Source: an uncultured bacterium
GTDB taxonomy: Bacteria; JAGOEH01
Direction: 5' to 3'
Assembly: GCA_964632485.1 (NCBI GenBank)
Contig: CAZWDO010000005.1
Coordinates: 84,249 to 148,248 of the forward strand
DNA: 64,000 bases
In this document: positions 19,820 to 30,243 of the stretch, in pieces
Layout of the letters: each line of letters begins with the position of its first letter
Position numbering within the stretch: position 1 is the stretch's first letter
The notes under the pieces: generated by a model
The model's input: the letters and a program-made list of their open reading frames with translations, nothing else
Told to the model about the DNA's origin: nothing
Database searches by the model: none
Program-made: the position numbers and the translations under genes

Positions 19820-20521
19820 TCAGTTTTCGAGATTATCCATAAGTTGGTTCAAATCATGGAACATAATAGAAGAATTCTGTATTTGCTTTTCATCCATATA
19901 CTTTTTATATCTCCCGATTTTACCGACATTGAATTCCCATATTTTTTCACTTAAATTTCCAGAAAATTTGTCCATCACGTTTGGTACATTTACTTCTATA
20001 CCCAGATAATCACGAATTCTTATTGCTGCTTCCATAGATTTTTCAGCTAAAAGATTATAACTCAGTTTTAATACACAAGGATGAGTCAACCATGGCGTAA
20101 GAATTGGTTCATATTTTTTAAAATAATCCAAAGCCTGTTCGATATTCCATATTTCAGAAAAAGGTCTATTCTTTTTCAATCTTCTGTCTTTTTCACCAGA
20201 ATCAAGAAGAGAAACAGCAGCATCACGAACATCTCTAAATGTTGCTGTGGCTTTAATTCTTCCGGATTTTAATAATTGATCGATTGAGTTGCTGAGTTTA
20301 GAATGTGTTTTAATAATCAGTATCTTATCATTAGGTATACATTCAACAATTTTAAAAATGTCTTCATTATCGAACACCATGAACGCAACATGCAATGATT
20401 CAGGTAAAAAATTTTTACAAATATCATCACGAATATGTCCAGCCTGCCGAAGCATGCTTTCAGCAAGCTGATAACAAAACGTACTAGCTGATTTAGGCAT
20501 ACCATAACTTAAATATATCAA
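19820..20521 (-). CDS. Sulfotransferase-like protein (tandem paralog 2)
   Basis: GMPKSAST 5'-PSB-like loop, IKTH, RDVRDAAVS 3'-PB-like motif, C-terminal FNVGKIGRY. Confidence 0.7.
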   Translation of the reverse strand: MIYLSYGMPKSASTFCYQLAESMLRQAGHIRDDICKNFLPESLHVAFMVFDNEDIFKIVECIPNDKILIIKTHSKLSNSIDQLLKSGRIKATATFRDVRDAAVSLLDSGEKDRRLKKNRPFSEIWNIEQALDYFKKYEPILTPWLTHPCVLKLSYNLLAEKSMEAAIRIRDYLGIEVNVPNVMDKFSGNLSEKIWEFNVGKIGRYKKYMDEKQIQNSSIMFHDLNQLMDNLEN

Positions 20522-20588
20522 AATTTTTTTAGTATCTTTTAAATATTAATAGATGCTTATCGAGCAGATTAACATGAAGTTGAACTCA

Positions 20589-21302
20589 CTATATTTTGAA
20601 TCGATCATCTAATAAATTCATTATAAAGATTAAGTCTTTAAATTCACTAAAAAATTTTTTCTTCTGCGTTTCCGACATATATTCTTTGTACCTTCCAACT
20701 TTACCAATATTGAATTCCCATATTTTTTTTTTAGGGTTTTCAGAATACTTTGCAACAATTGGCGTTACATCAACATCGATATCTAAATAATTTCGTATTC
20801 TTAATGCTGCCTCTATCGGATCGAGCGCCAACAAATTAAAACTAATTTTTAGCACATTTGTATGAGTGAGCCATTGGATGAAGTTATATTTAGCATATTT
20901 ATAGACCAAAAAAGCATCTTCTAAATCATTAATTTCATTAAATTTTCTAAACTTATTTAATTTCCGATCATTCTCACCAGCATCAACCAGTGAAATAGCT
21001 GCATCCCGAGGATCGCGAAATGTTGCAGAAGCTTTTATTCTTCCTGAGTCAAGTAAATGATTTATCGATTTACTAAGCTTTGCATGTGTTTTTATTATAA
21101 GGATTTTATCAAAAGGTAAATAGTGATCAATTTGAACAATTTCATCATGGTTTAGTGTCATGAATGCTGAATGAAATGATTCAGGTAAAAACTTTTTACA
21201 AATTTCTTCGCGAATATGACCAGCTTGCCGAAGCATGCTTTCAGCAAGCTGATAACAAAACGTGCTAGCTGATTTAGGCATACCATAACTTAAATAAATC
21301 AT
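20589..21302 (-). CDS. Sulfotransferase-like protein (tandem paralog 1)
   Basis: N-terminus identical to the neighbour; RDPRDAAIS. Confidence 0.7.
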   Translation of the reverse strand: MIYLSYGMPKSASTFCYQLAESMLRQAGHIREEICKKFLPESFHSAFMTLNHDEIVQIDHYLPFDKILIIKTHAKLSKSINHLLDSGRIKASATFRDPRDAAISLVDAGENDRKLNKFRKFNEINDLEDAFLVYKYAKYNFIQWLTHTNVLKISFNLLALDPIEAALRIRNYLDIDVDVTPIVAKYSENPKKKIWEFNIGKVGRYKEYMSETQKKKFFSEFKDLIFIMNLLDDRFKI

Positions 21303-21450
21303 TTAATGCTCCTTTTGGTGCAACTAAGACATGATAAGATATGTTTTTACCACTATATATTAGATTACAGATTTTTAGTTTGATGTACTCAATTGCAGTG
21401 TCAAAAAAATATTTAACTTTATACAGATCACCATTATATGTCCAAGTAAA

Positions 21451-21484
21451 GGTTTTGCTATAAATCTCCCATCGTAGCAAAACC
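21451..21484 (-). terminator. Stem-loop downstream of rffA
   Basis: ggttttgcta / tagcaaaacc 10-bp stem, followed by T residues on the minus strand. Confidence 0.55.
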
Positions 21485-21488
21485 GCCT

Positions 21489-22631
21489 TCAAATTGACAG
21501 ATGCTTTAAAGTCACTGTCAATGCCTTTACAATTTGCTCCAAATCTTCTTCCAAACCCAACCACAATGGTAATCTCAACAGTCGTTCCGCCGCATGTTCG
21601 GTATGGGGTAAACGACCGTGGACACGGGCTAAGCGTTTTCCAGCCGGAGATAAATGCAAGGGAACATAGTGAAATATAGTATTAATATTAACTGTCATTA
21701 ATTCCTGAATCACATGGCTGCGCACAAACAAATTATTGAGGAGGATATAATACATGTGCGCATTATGCCGACAACTATCAGAAACAATAGGACGGCGTAG
21801 CAGACCGGCAATCTCCAATGGGGCCAACGCATCATGGTATTGTTTCCATATTGCCAGCCGCCGCTCAGTAATGGCCTCGGCTTCTTCCATCTGCGCCCAC
21901 AGGAAGGCGGCAATTATTTCACCTGGCAAGTAGGACGAGCCGATATCTACCCATGTATATTTATCGACCTGCCCGCGAAAATATTGGCTGCGATTGGTAC
22001 CCTTTTCCCAGATGATCTCGGCGCGTTCAATAAAGCGTTCATCATTGATCAGAAGAGCCCCTCCTTCGCCTGAAATAATGTTCTTGGTCTCGTGAAAAGA
22101 GAATCCACCCAAGTGGCCGATAGCGCCAACCGGCTTACCTTTGTAAGAAGACATGATTCCCTGCGCCGCATCTTCAATGACCAGCAGGTTATGACGATTT
22201 GCGATATCCATGATAACATCCATTTCGCAAGCCACTCCTGCGTAATGCACTGGCACAATTGCTTTAGTCCGGGATGTAATAGCGGCTTCTATTTTCATCT
22301 CATCAATATTGAGCGTATCCGGGCGAATATCCACAAATACCGGCACACCACCACGCAGGGCAAAGGCATTAGCTGTCGAAACAAAGGAATACGAAGGCAT
22401 GATCACCTCATCGCCCTGCTTAATATCAGCCAGAATCGCCGCCATCTCAAGCGCGGCAGTGCACGAATGAGTGAGCAAGGCTTTTCGCGTACCCGTACGC
22501 CCTTCAAGCCAAGCGTGGCATTTTTTTGTAAAATCGCCATCGCCAGCGAGTTGTCCATCGGCGTGCGCCTGTGTAATGTAAAAAAGCTCGCGGCCGGTTA
22601 TATAGGGTTTATTGAAAGGAATATAATTCAT
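21489..22631 (-). CDS. rffA: dTDP-4-amino-4,6-dideoxygalactose transaminase
   Basis: IPFNKP, HSCTAALEM, SFHETKN (PLP lysine), EKGTNRSQ and HYVPLH motifs. Confidence 0.93.
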   Translation of the reverse strand: MNYIPFNKPYITGRELFYITQAHADGQLAGDGDFTKKCHAWLEGRTGTRKALLTHSCTAALEMAAILADIKQGDEVIMPSYSFVSTANAFALRGGVPVFVDIRPDTLNIDEMKIEAAITSRTKAIVPVHYAGVACEMDVIMDIANRHNLLVIEDAAQGIMSSYKGKPVGAIGHLGGFSFHETKNIISGEGGALLINDERFIERAEIIWEKGTNRSQYFRGQVDKYTWVDIGSSYLPGEIIAAFLWAQMEEAEAITERRLAIWKQYHDALAPLEIAGLLRRPIVSDSCRHNAHMYYILLNNLFVRSHVIQELMTVNINTIFHYVPLHLSPAGKRLARVHGRLPHTEHAAERLLRLPLWLGLEEDLEQIVKALTVTLKHLSI

Positions 22632-22655
22632 ACTTAATATCTCAGAGATTTAAAC

Positions 22656-23531
22656 CTATTTTTCAATCTTTACGGCTACGATCAGCCGCGAACCACCTAC
22701 GGAAAATGAAATACCCGCCCGAATCAAAAATAGCTCCAGGAGTAAGAACCATTCAAAAATTCGGTTCAATATTGGATTAATCCGAAATTCCCCAATGGGA
22801 TCAAAATTCTTGTATTTCTTGCGCTGAAATAATCTGGATATCAACATGAACGGCAAAAGGCTTGTGACGAAGGAGGTACTCTTCACGATAGCAAAACCAG
22901 CGCGTGTTATCTTGTTATGTAGTTCCTGACTATTGTAGCGACGGACATGACAGGCATTTGCGTCTGTGGCGCTCCATAGCCAACGATGTTGTGGCACTGT
23001 GAGCATTAACAAACCATCGGGTTTCAAGGCTTGATGTATCTGCTGCAGAACTGCTTCATCCTCTTCAATATGTTCAAGCAAATCAAATGCTCCGACGCCA
23101 TCAAATTCAGAGATAAATGGAATCTCTCTGGCATCCATTTGCATAAATTCACTACCCATGATTCTTTCAGCAGCATAGATGAGCCCTTCAGCATATATCT
23201 CACTGCCCACAAGACGAATTTTTGGAAAGTTACAGTCGATGCCTTTTAAAACAAACCCCGTACCGCACCCGATCTCCATGAATGAAGCGACATCAGCGCC
23301 ATACTTTCCAAGCGCCCAGACAATCAAGGCATTGCGACCGCGAAACCAGAAATAATCTTCTTCCAGCATAGCAAGTGGCGCAAAAAAAGAGGGTTTGAAT
23401 CCATTGTTTTTTTCTGATAATTCCGATGAGAAAAAAAACAAGTCGCCGATTCTTTCTGGTTGCCACCCACACCGCGGACAATGCCAGTCAATGCTTTCAA
23501 ATGCCTGGGAGCAATGAAGACAGCGCTTCAT
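22656..23531 (-). CDS. Class I SAM-dependent methyltransferase with an N-terminal Zn-ribbon
   Basis: CxxC...CxxC; FWFRGRN; EIGCGTG; FDLLEHI; HVRRY. Confidence 0.88.
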   Translation of the reverse strand: MKRCLHCSQAFESIDWHCPRCGWQPERIGDLFFFSSELSEKNNGFKPSFFAPLAMLEEDYFWFRGRNALIVWALGKYGADVASFMEIGCGTGFVLKGIDCNFPKIRLVGSEIYAEGLIYAAERIMGSEFMQMDAREIPFISEFDGVGAFDLLEHIEEDEAVLQQIHQALKPDGLLMLTVPQHRWLWSATDANACHVRRYNSQELHNKITRAGFAIVKSTSFVTSLLPFMLISRLFQRKKYKNFDPIGEFRINPILNRIFEWFLLLELFLIRAGISFSVGGSRLIVAVKIEK

Positions 23532-23800
23532 AAAGCCTGCGCGCAAAGCATCGAGATTTTCTTAACCGTGAAAACCCAGTACTTTTGCATCCCAAAAAGT
23601 AACGAGACCCATCCTATAATGTCCATTACATGCGCGTTGAGGCGCCAATTGCTGAGATGACCGCTGAAAAAACTGAATGACCATTTTTTAATAAAATAAG
23701 AAAAAAATTCGATAGAAATAAGATAGAAGATACTGATTACTAAAACCAGGTTTAAATCCAGTATCGTAAAAAAGTCGTTGAATAAGAATTCGAAATCCAC
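23528..23800 (-). pseudogene. Possible GtrA-like remnant or small membrane protein
   Basis: Hydrophobic; C-terminal LLFGMQKYWVF resembles GtrA-family ends; overlaps the methyltransferase start. Confidence 0.35.
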
Positions 23801-23894
23801 TGACTAACCTTTTCGAACCATTTTCACACATCCTTTTGTATAAAATCAATCACTGTCTAACTGACAGCGGCGATACTAGTCGGGCAGCAACCTT

Positions 23895-24127
23895 GAAACT
23901 CCAATAAAGTTGAGCGCCTGGATAAACTTAGATGGTACCTGAAAACTTATACCCTGTTCCACAGCTAATTTCAAGAAAATAGCGAAATATTTTATCAGTA
24001 TTTTCTAACCAACTAAGGATCAATTGGTTATGACTTCAATACTAATAATTAATGTTTTCAGTCGAGCAAAATAGGTAAAGAAGACGGCCTCAAAACCGGC
24101 GGACCCATCCTGAGCCAGAGCAGGAAG
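23895..24127 (-). pseudogene. Decayed paralog of the adjacent SAM methyltransferase
   Basis: Manual translation LPALAQDGSAGFEAVFFTYFARL / NY*Y*SHNQLILSWLE...FLEISCGTGYKFSGTI*VYPGAQLYWS aligns with the 22656-23531 N-terminus; stops and a frameshift. Confidence 0.7.
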
Positions 24128-24139
24128 ACAAGTTGATAT

Positions 24140-25672
24140 TTAGCGTTTAATCATAGAGGGGGTTTTAAATAAACGCATCCAGCGAACAATAAAATAGGGC
24201 AAATTGGTAGTGTCCCCACGAAATACTCGTTTAACTGCAACGGTTAGATATCTTAATATCTTAAAAAAAGCTAATATAAAAGAAGGAATCGAAGGGTCTT
24301 TTCTCAAAACTACTTTTGGCGTGAATAATTTTAAAAGCCATGGCGGAATATGGAAAACACCATAGATCATATACAATAGATTAATATAATTAGACTTTAC
24401 CGATAAGTAATTGATAGCATTTAAATAATTTTCTTCAGGTAAATACCCTTCTGTCTTCGCTTTTTCATATAATTCTGTCCCTTCAAAGAAGGTCATGCCG
24501 AACAAATTCAAGATGTGAGGTTTGCTCATATAACTCAACAGTTTTAAACCTTCCAGCTTGTGCTGCCATGTTTCCCAGGGATTGTCTAATATAAAATCAT
24601 AATCACACTCTGGTATTTTTTTTTGTGAAATAATTTCTGAAATTTGAATCAGTAATTTATTGCTATATTTACGCTGCAATATATCATATCGAATTTGTTC
24701 ACTACCTGATTGGATTCCCACTCTTATCCTTTGTAAACCTACTCCCAAAAGATAGTCCATTTTTTTTTCGTTAAAATTAAGCGGTGAAACTCCCAAAACA
24801 GTAAATGGCAGGCCAAGAAGTTTTCTCCACTGTTCAGAAAATTCTTTAATCGCATGAATACTTAATGAGAAAAAACTATCATCCTGAAATATAACAGATG
24901 TAATCTGATATTTACAACATAAATCACTTAAATAACTCAGATATTTTTTTATTGAATAAGCTCTAACTAGAGCGTATTCTCCATTATAATTTATTAGCGC
25001 AGAATTTGCGCAATAGGTACATCTCATTGGACATCCTTGCGTCAGAAGCGCATGAAATGTTCCACCAAAAAATTGTGTTTCTTTTTCTTTGTTTAGCGGC
25101 ATAATTTTATTTCCTTCAAAAATAAAACAACCATCCCCATGTAGGGGATATCCCAGTTGATCTAAATCTTTCTCAAGAGGCCGTATTCCGCTTCCATATA
25201 TTTTATTGTTTTTTATTTGATAAATCCCAGGAACATTGACGCAAAAATTATTATTTTCTATTTGCTTCAAAAATTCTACCAAACTATATTCACCTTCTCC
25301 CACACAAATATAATCAGCCCATTTTAAACAACGTTCACCAGATGCAGTAGTATGCGCGCCTCCCCAAATAATGATCTTCGCCGGATATTCTTGTTTGATT
25401 TTCTCCGATAATTGGGCAGCAACTTTCTCACCGACAAGCATTACCGAAAAAGCGATAACTTGGGCATTTGATATTAATTCCAGGATACTTTTAATTTTTT
25501 CATTATTTAGAGTATAATAGGTTTGATGCTGTGAAAACAAAGGATGCCGCATGGAAGAAAGAAATAATATTTCAGAAACCCAGGAAGAATGCGCATTAAC
25601 AAAAGCGGATAACCGCCTTGTTGCAAAACCATAAATATCACTTGATGTATCAATTAAAATAAGCTTTTTCAT
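24140..25672 (-). CDS. B12-binding radical SAM protein (class B methyltransferase-like)
   Basis: WGGAHTT and GEGE cobalamin-binding region; GCPMRCTYC; GIQSGSE. Confidence 0.9.
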   Translation of the reverse strand: MKKLILIDTSSDIYGFATRRLSAFVNAHSSWVSEILFLSSMRHPLFSQHQTYYTLNNEKIKSILELISNAQVIAFSVMLVGEKVAAQLSEKIKQEYPAKIIIWGGAHTTASGERCLKWADYICVGEGEYSLVEFLKQIENNNFCVNVPGIYQIKNNKIYGSGIRPLEKDLDQLGYPLHGDGCFIFEGNKIMPLNKEKETQFFGGTFHALLTQGCPMRCTYCANSALINYNGEYALVRAYSIKKYLSYLSDLCCKYQITSVIFQDDSFFSLSIHAIKEFSEQWRKLLGLPFTVLGVSPLNFNEKKMDYLLGVGLQRIRVGIQSGSEQIRYDILQRKYSNKLLIQISEIISQKKIPECDYDFILDNPWETWQHKLEGLKLLSYMSKPHILNLFGMTFFEGTELYEKAKTEGYLPEENYLNAINYLSVKSNYINLLYMIYGVFHIPPWLLKLFTPKVVLRKDPSIPSFILAFFKILRYLTVAVKRVFRGDTTNLPYFIVRWMRLFKTPSMIKR

Positions 25673-25757
25673 TTAAACAACATTTCTTCGATAGTTTGAA
25701 CACTTAAATGTTAGTATTCGCAATGTCCGGAACCAATAACAAATGGAAACACTAATA

Positions 25758-26678
25758 TCAACCCATTACCGAATTGAACTCCTCTATTGTATGAAAAGTG
25801 ACTGTTCGCCCATAAATACCTGATAGTTTAATTAATTGATGAAGATTAAATCTGAGTTCGTCAATCGAATATGCAACGAGAGGATGTCCAATCCCCCCTC
25901 TAATAGGAACCACTTCATCGGGATGTAGTATACAAATCAAATAAGAATTAGAATTAATCAGCCGAGGTAGATTTTGCCAAAGGAAGCCACGATACATACA
26001 TGGATTCAAGTATCGGAGAAGCGGAGCGGAATCATAAGGCGCCTTTATTGGGAGCACGGAAATTGGCACTTCGAGAATATTCAAATGAGGTATGCCAGGT
26101 TTTCTATAATCTTTTAATGACGGATAATAAGCTTCTTCCGGTGTTCCCATCCAGTTCATACGCCAACCGGAATCCTCTTTTATTCTGCCTGGAACTGCCG
26201 AGCTGTCAAATTGTATTTTAAGATCATTTAAATTTTTCATTGTTGTGTTATCGTGAAAACAGTCACCCATCCTTACACTTCTTGGATATATGCCTTCTTT
26301 TACTAGTACACCATGTGTTATAGATAAGTCTTCATAATCAATCATTATATGCTGCAATGAAGAATAAACCTGTGGCATCCATCCTACTTCGTGTCCTTGA
26401 AGAATCATACGATGAACAAAATCATAAAATTTCTTGAAAATTGAAAATCTATCGCCAAACTGTGCCGCAATCAATCTATCAGCCCTAAAAAACCAGGTTG
26501 GGGCTATTTTTAATCCAAATATATCTTCTGTCGATCGAAATATATCAGACAGAATTTCCAGACCATCCGCCGTTCTGGTCCACTCACCGCTATCAGTATG
26601 ACCTTCACCCAGAGTAGCGCCTGCTGGACCTACATCAATGGTTAAAAATAATGCCAGCTTTTGATTCACTACGATCAC
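25758..26678 (-). CDS. Polysaccharide deacetylase-like protein
   Basis: LTIDV, TWFFRAD, GHEVG, SVRMG, DSSAVPG and LHPDE motifs. Confidence 0.6.
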   Translation of the reverse strand: MIVVNQKLALFLTIDVGPAGATLGEGHTDSGEWTRTADGLEILSDIFRSTEDIFGLKIAPTWFFRADRLIAAQFGDRFSIFKKFYDFVHRMILQGHEVGWMPQVYSSLQHIMIDYEDLSITHGVLVKEGIYPRSVRMGDCFHDNTTMKNLNDLKIQFDSSAVPGRIKEDSGWRMNWMGTPEEAYYPSLKDYRKPGIPHLNILEVPISVLPIKAPYDSAPLLRYLNPCMYRGFLWQNLPRLINSNSYLICILHPDEVVPIRGGIGHPLVAYSIDELRFNLHQLIKLSGIYGRTVTFHTIEEFNSVMG

Positions 26679-27328
26679 CCCTTTCTAATAACTATTGTAA
26701 AATCATACAGCGAATAGTCATGATAAAGGGCTACATTTTTTGAGTATCGTCGCTTACACAGATCAAAATACATGCATGGATCAGCGTAATACAATTCATG
26801 TTTTTTTTTATCCGCTTCAGAATAAGAAGTAAGCATATTAAACGCAAAACCCCTGATGCTTTTAGCGTTAATAAAATCCAGAGTATCCATAACGTATCTA
26901 CGCCAAATTCTATCAGAATAATCGAAGCGTAATCCGAATAAACCGCTCGCAAGAGAATATGTTGTGGCGAAGATATGTTCAAGTGGCTTAAATATTGCCA
27001 TATTATTGTTCGGCTTCTGAATGAAACTTCTAGCAGTTTCAATCATTTTATTTGATACATCGTATCCATAATACTGAATTTTACGTTTCCTTTTATTCAA
27101 GTAGTACCACAACGCGCCATAGCCACAACCAACATCATTTATACTAACAGTTTCCTTATAACCTGCCCGAATTACTTTTATTAACTGATCAAATCTGGTT
27201 ATTTGAGCCTCAGAGCTATTCCAACCAACTCCTCGGGGTGTTGTGGCATAATTTAATATCTGTTCGTCATTGAACGTTTTCACCTGATCCAGAATAGAAG
27301 CATACCGCGCGAAATAATTATTTTCCAT
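26675..27328 (-). CDS. Class I SAM-dependent methyltransferase
   Basis: GVGWNS...RF, DVGCGYG and GFAFNMLT motifs. Confidence 0.85.
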   Translation of the reverse strand: MENNYFARYASILDQVKTFNDEQILNYATTPRGVGWNSSEAQITRFDQLIKVIRAGYKETVSINDVGCGYGALWYYLNKRKRKIQYYGYDVSNKMIETARSFIQKPNNNMAIFKPLEHIFATTYSLASGLFGLRFDYSDRIWRRYVMDTLDFINAKSIRGFAFNMLTSYSEADKKKHELYYADPCMYFDLCKRRYSKNVALYHDYSLYDFTIVIRKG

Positions 27329-27335
27329 CTATAGC

Positions 27336-28280
27336 CTATTTATTATTCATATTTTTCAAATATGATGAATCATATACATCCTTAATGATCGTATATGGAC
27401 GATGTTTAGCCTCAGAAAAAACCTTAGACAAATATATTCCTATAATTCCGATAAATGCAATAACAAGGCCACCGAGTAGCCAAATTGAGGCCATTACCGA
27501 AGTCCATCCGCTAGGAGGTTTTTCAAAAAAAAACCAAAGAATAATAAGATATCCTATAAAAAAAACCGCAATCAGTGAAATAGCAATTCCAATATAAAAA
27601 ATCATAACAAGTGGAGCGCTGCTAAATGATGTTATAGAATCGACCAAGGCATTCATTTTAAGAGCAAACGTATAAGTTGTTTGACTTGATGAGTGCTTTT
27701 TAACCGGGTAGGATATCTGATCAAAACCTGTGATCAGCCATAATCCACATAAATCCATTTCCCGCTCCTCAAAACTTGTAAGAGCATCTACATAACGCCT
27801 CGACATTAATCTGGCTGTAACGAGGTTAAACGGAATTTGCAGCCCAGTTAGTGATCGGTAAGCAAGATAATAGAGTTGCCCCAAAAAGCGCTCTATTACG
27901 CCCCCGCGTCGTTTTGATTGTACACCATAAACAACATCCACTCCGCTTTCTTTTAACCTCTCCCAAAAGAGAATCAACCACTCTGGTTCTTCTTCGAGAT
28001 CAATATCTATTAAAAAAATATAATCCCCGCTGGAATACTTCAATCCAGTCATCATCGCTTTGTCATGACCAAAATTTCGGGATAGATCTATTATTATTAA
28101 ATTGTCATGCTTGTCTGCATACTGTTTCGCGATTTGCAGGGAATTATCGGGTGAACCGTCGTTTACCAAGACTATCTCATAATCTTCCGTCAAGGTTCTT
28201 GCCACCACAGATACTCTTTCGCAGAACTCTGTAACGTAAACTTCCGATTTATAAAGTGTTGCAACTATAGATAGTTTCAT
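27336..28280 (-). CDS. GT2 undecaprenyl-phosphate glycosyltransferase (GtrB/ArnC-like)
   Basis: NDGSPD, LSRNFGH, DIDLEE; two C-terminal TM helices; GIYLSKVFSEAKHRP. Confidence 0.9.
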   Translation of the reverse strand: MKLSIVATLYKSEVYVTEFCERVSVVARTLTEDYEIVLVNDGSPDNSLQIAKQYADKHDNLIIIDLSRNFGHDKAMMTGLKYSSGDYIFLIDIDLEEEPEWLILFWERLKESGVDVVYGVQSKRRGGVIERFLGQLYYLAYRSLTGLQIPFNLVTARLMSRRYVDALTSFEEREMDLCGLWLITGFDQISYPVKKHSSSQTTYTFALKMNALVDSITSFSSAPLVMIFYIGIAISLIAVFFIGYLIILWFFFEKPPSGWTSVMASIWLLGGLVIAFIGIIGIYLSKVFSEAKHRPYTIIKDVYDSSYLKNMNNK

Positions 28281-28293
28281 TATTCCACCAAAT

Positions 28294-29496
28294 TCAGGTT
28301 AAATTGACGATGATATGATCATCCATACTATCGATCTTGGAAAGCATCTCCGTGTACGTATCGAAAGTAAGAATCAAGCAACCAAGCATTTGATTACCCA
28401 TTTTAAACTTCAGAACCGTATCACCCCGTGCAGCATATAGCTTTTCATCCACAATATTTTTTCTAATACTTTCAAGATATTCGATAGATTCAAGAATTCC
28501 ATTACGCTTGGCATGAATAGAATATGTCGCATAGTAATGATTTACTTCTTTAGCTAATATCACACGTCGGCCAAGAGCGACTTCCACAGTGGCTGCAATT
28601 GTATCTGCTTTATTTGCATAGATGATCGCCTCGGGGATTCTGTTACCCCCATTTCTGGGGCCTATTTCGATCACGAAAATTTCGCCATCCAGAGTAAACA
28701 TTAAATCAAAATTAAACGGGCCCTGACGCATATTCAAATCATTAAAAATGTGCTGGAGAGTGTTGACGGCTCTATCTACTAACCTTTCATCGAATATAGA
28801 TGGAAAACTTTCACCGACAGGGACAACGAAGCCTGGGCAAAAATGCTCATTTGCAAATGCATGAAATATAATCTTACCATCTTGCAGAAAACCCTCTCCA
28901 CAAACTTGATATCCTGATGGGTCTATCAACTGTTCCACAATCATATTACCACTGCGAGAAAACTCCCGCGCGTATTTTAGCGCATCATTAAGCTGCGATA
29001 GGCTATAAACTTTAGTGACACCCTTGCAGCCGCTTGCATCTACAGGTTTGACAATTACTGGAAATTTTAAAACTTTATCCATCTTACCTTGTAATGTCTT
29101 TTTATTGATCAAATCATTACGATCAAATAATATATTCTTCGGCGTAAAATAACCATACTTTTCTTGAAACTGTCTAAATAGCATTTTGTTCGTTAAAACA
29201 CAGACAGCTTCAAGAGGATTCCCCGGAATACCTAATTTCTCGGATATATACGCTGCTGTCGGCGTTGCCACATCACTCGCATAGCAGACCACCGCATCAA
29301 TTTTCTCGTTAATAGCTACATCTAAAACTCCTTGAAAATCAGTAGTGCTCACATTATATGATTTGTCTGCTAAACTATGGCCTGGATTATTTGGTCGGTT
29401 ATCACATGTAACAATACGATAGCCAACATTTTTTGCATATTCTATCGGCGCAAGTTGTTGGTGCGAAGCGCCTAAGAATAGTACTGTTTTTTTCAT
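28294..29496 (-). CDS. ATP-grasp domain protein
   Basis: NKMLFR, PVIVKPVDASGCKGV and EIGPRNGG motifs. Confidence 0.85.
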   Translation of the reverse strand: MKKTVLFLGASHQQLAPIEYAKNVGYRIVTCDNRPNNPGHSLADKSYNVSTTDFQGVLDVAINEKIDAVVCYASDVATPTAAYISEKLGIPGNPLEAVCVLTNKMLFRQFQEKYGYFTPKNILFDRNDLINKKTLQGKMDKVLKFPVIVKPVDASGCKGVTKVYSLSQLNDALKYAREFSRSGNMIVEQLIDPSGYQVCGEGFLQDGKIIFHAFANEHFCPGFVVPVGESFPSIFDERLVDRAVNTLQHIFNDLNMRQGPFNFDLMFTLDGEIFVIEIGPRNGGNRIPEAIIYANKADTIAATVEVALGRRVILAKEVNHYYATYSIHAKRNGILESIEYLESIRKNIVDEKLYAARGDTVLKFKMGNQMLGCLILTFDTYTEMLSKIDSMDDHIIVNLT

Positions 29497-29620
29497 TGAT
29501 AATAAATTGCTTTCATTACTTCAAATATTACGGACAAATCAAAATTTAAATCTAAGGACAGGCTGACTTTCACCGGGTTAACGATATGTCAATAGCCATT
29601 TTTTTTATTTTTTTATAGAT

Positions 29621-30202
29621 TTACAAAGTTTCTTCTATTTCAGTGAACTCTGTCTGGGTTCCATAGCCGACATATCCAACCCGTTTTATTTCAGAAATCG
29701 GCTGCTTTAGTTTGGATCTCAAGGTCATGCCGTTTATTATCGCGGTTACTTCCTGTTTCTTTAGATCAATTTCAAGTTCAATGGAGAAAATCCCGTTTGC
29801 ATCAAAATCAACATTTTTCTCAGTTTGCAACTCCACTGCATTGCCGCCGAGCTGATACGTCCGGGCGCCAATCCATACACCGGCATTTATTGTCTGCCCC
29901 TGGCTTGCGACTGCCTGAATAAAACCATTACGTTTACCTGATTGCTGATGGGATTTTAGTTTAATTTTAAAGACGGCTTTATCTGTATATATTTTGCGCG
30001 TATTTCTCATTGCCTTAAAATCAGTACTATCCGATTTAAGAACATAGCCAATCCCACCGCTGGACATTTCTCCCTTGAGAACTTCATATTGCCCAAATTT
30101 CTCTGTTTCCGCAGCCGGTTGTTTAGCTTCTTTATTGTCTTTGTTACAGGACATAACACACACCAGAAGCATCGAAGAAAACATAACAATTAACTTTTTC
30201 AT
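29621..30202 (-). CDS. Lipoprotein with a beta-rich domain shared with the C-terminus of 43370-45553
   Basis: MKK signal peptide with VMSC lipobox; 156-aa domain about 75% identical to the paralog. Confidence 0.7.
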   Translation of the reverse strand: MKKLIVMFSSMLLVCVMSCNKDNKEAKQPAAETEKFGQYEVLKGEMSSGGIGYVLKSDSTDFKAMRNTRKIYTDKAVFKIKLKSHQQSGKRNGFIQAVASQGQTINAGVWIGARTYQLGGNAVELQTEKNVDFDANGIFSIELEIDLKKQEVTAIINGMTLRSKLKQPISEIKRVGYVGYGTQTEFTEIEETL

Positions 30203-30243
30203 GTCAATCCTTTCCATATTATTATAGTCTGAGAAGCAAAATT

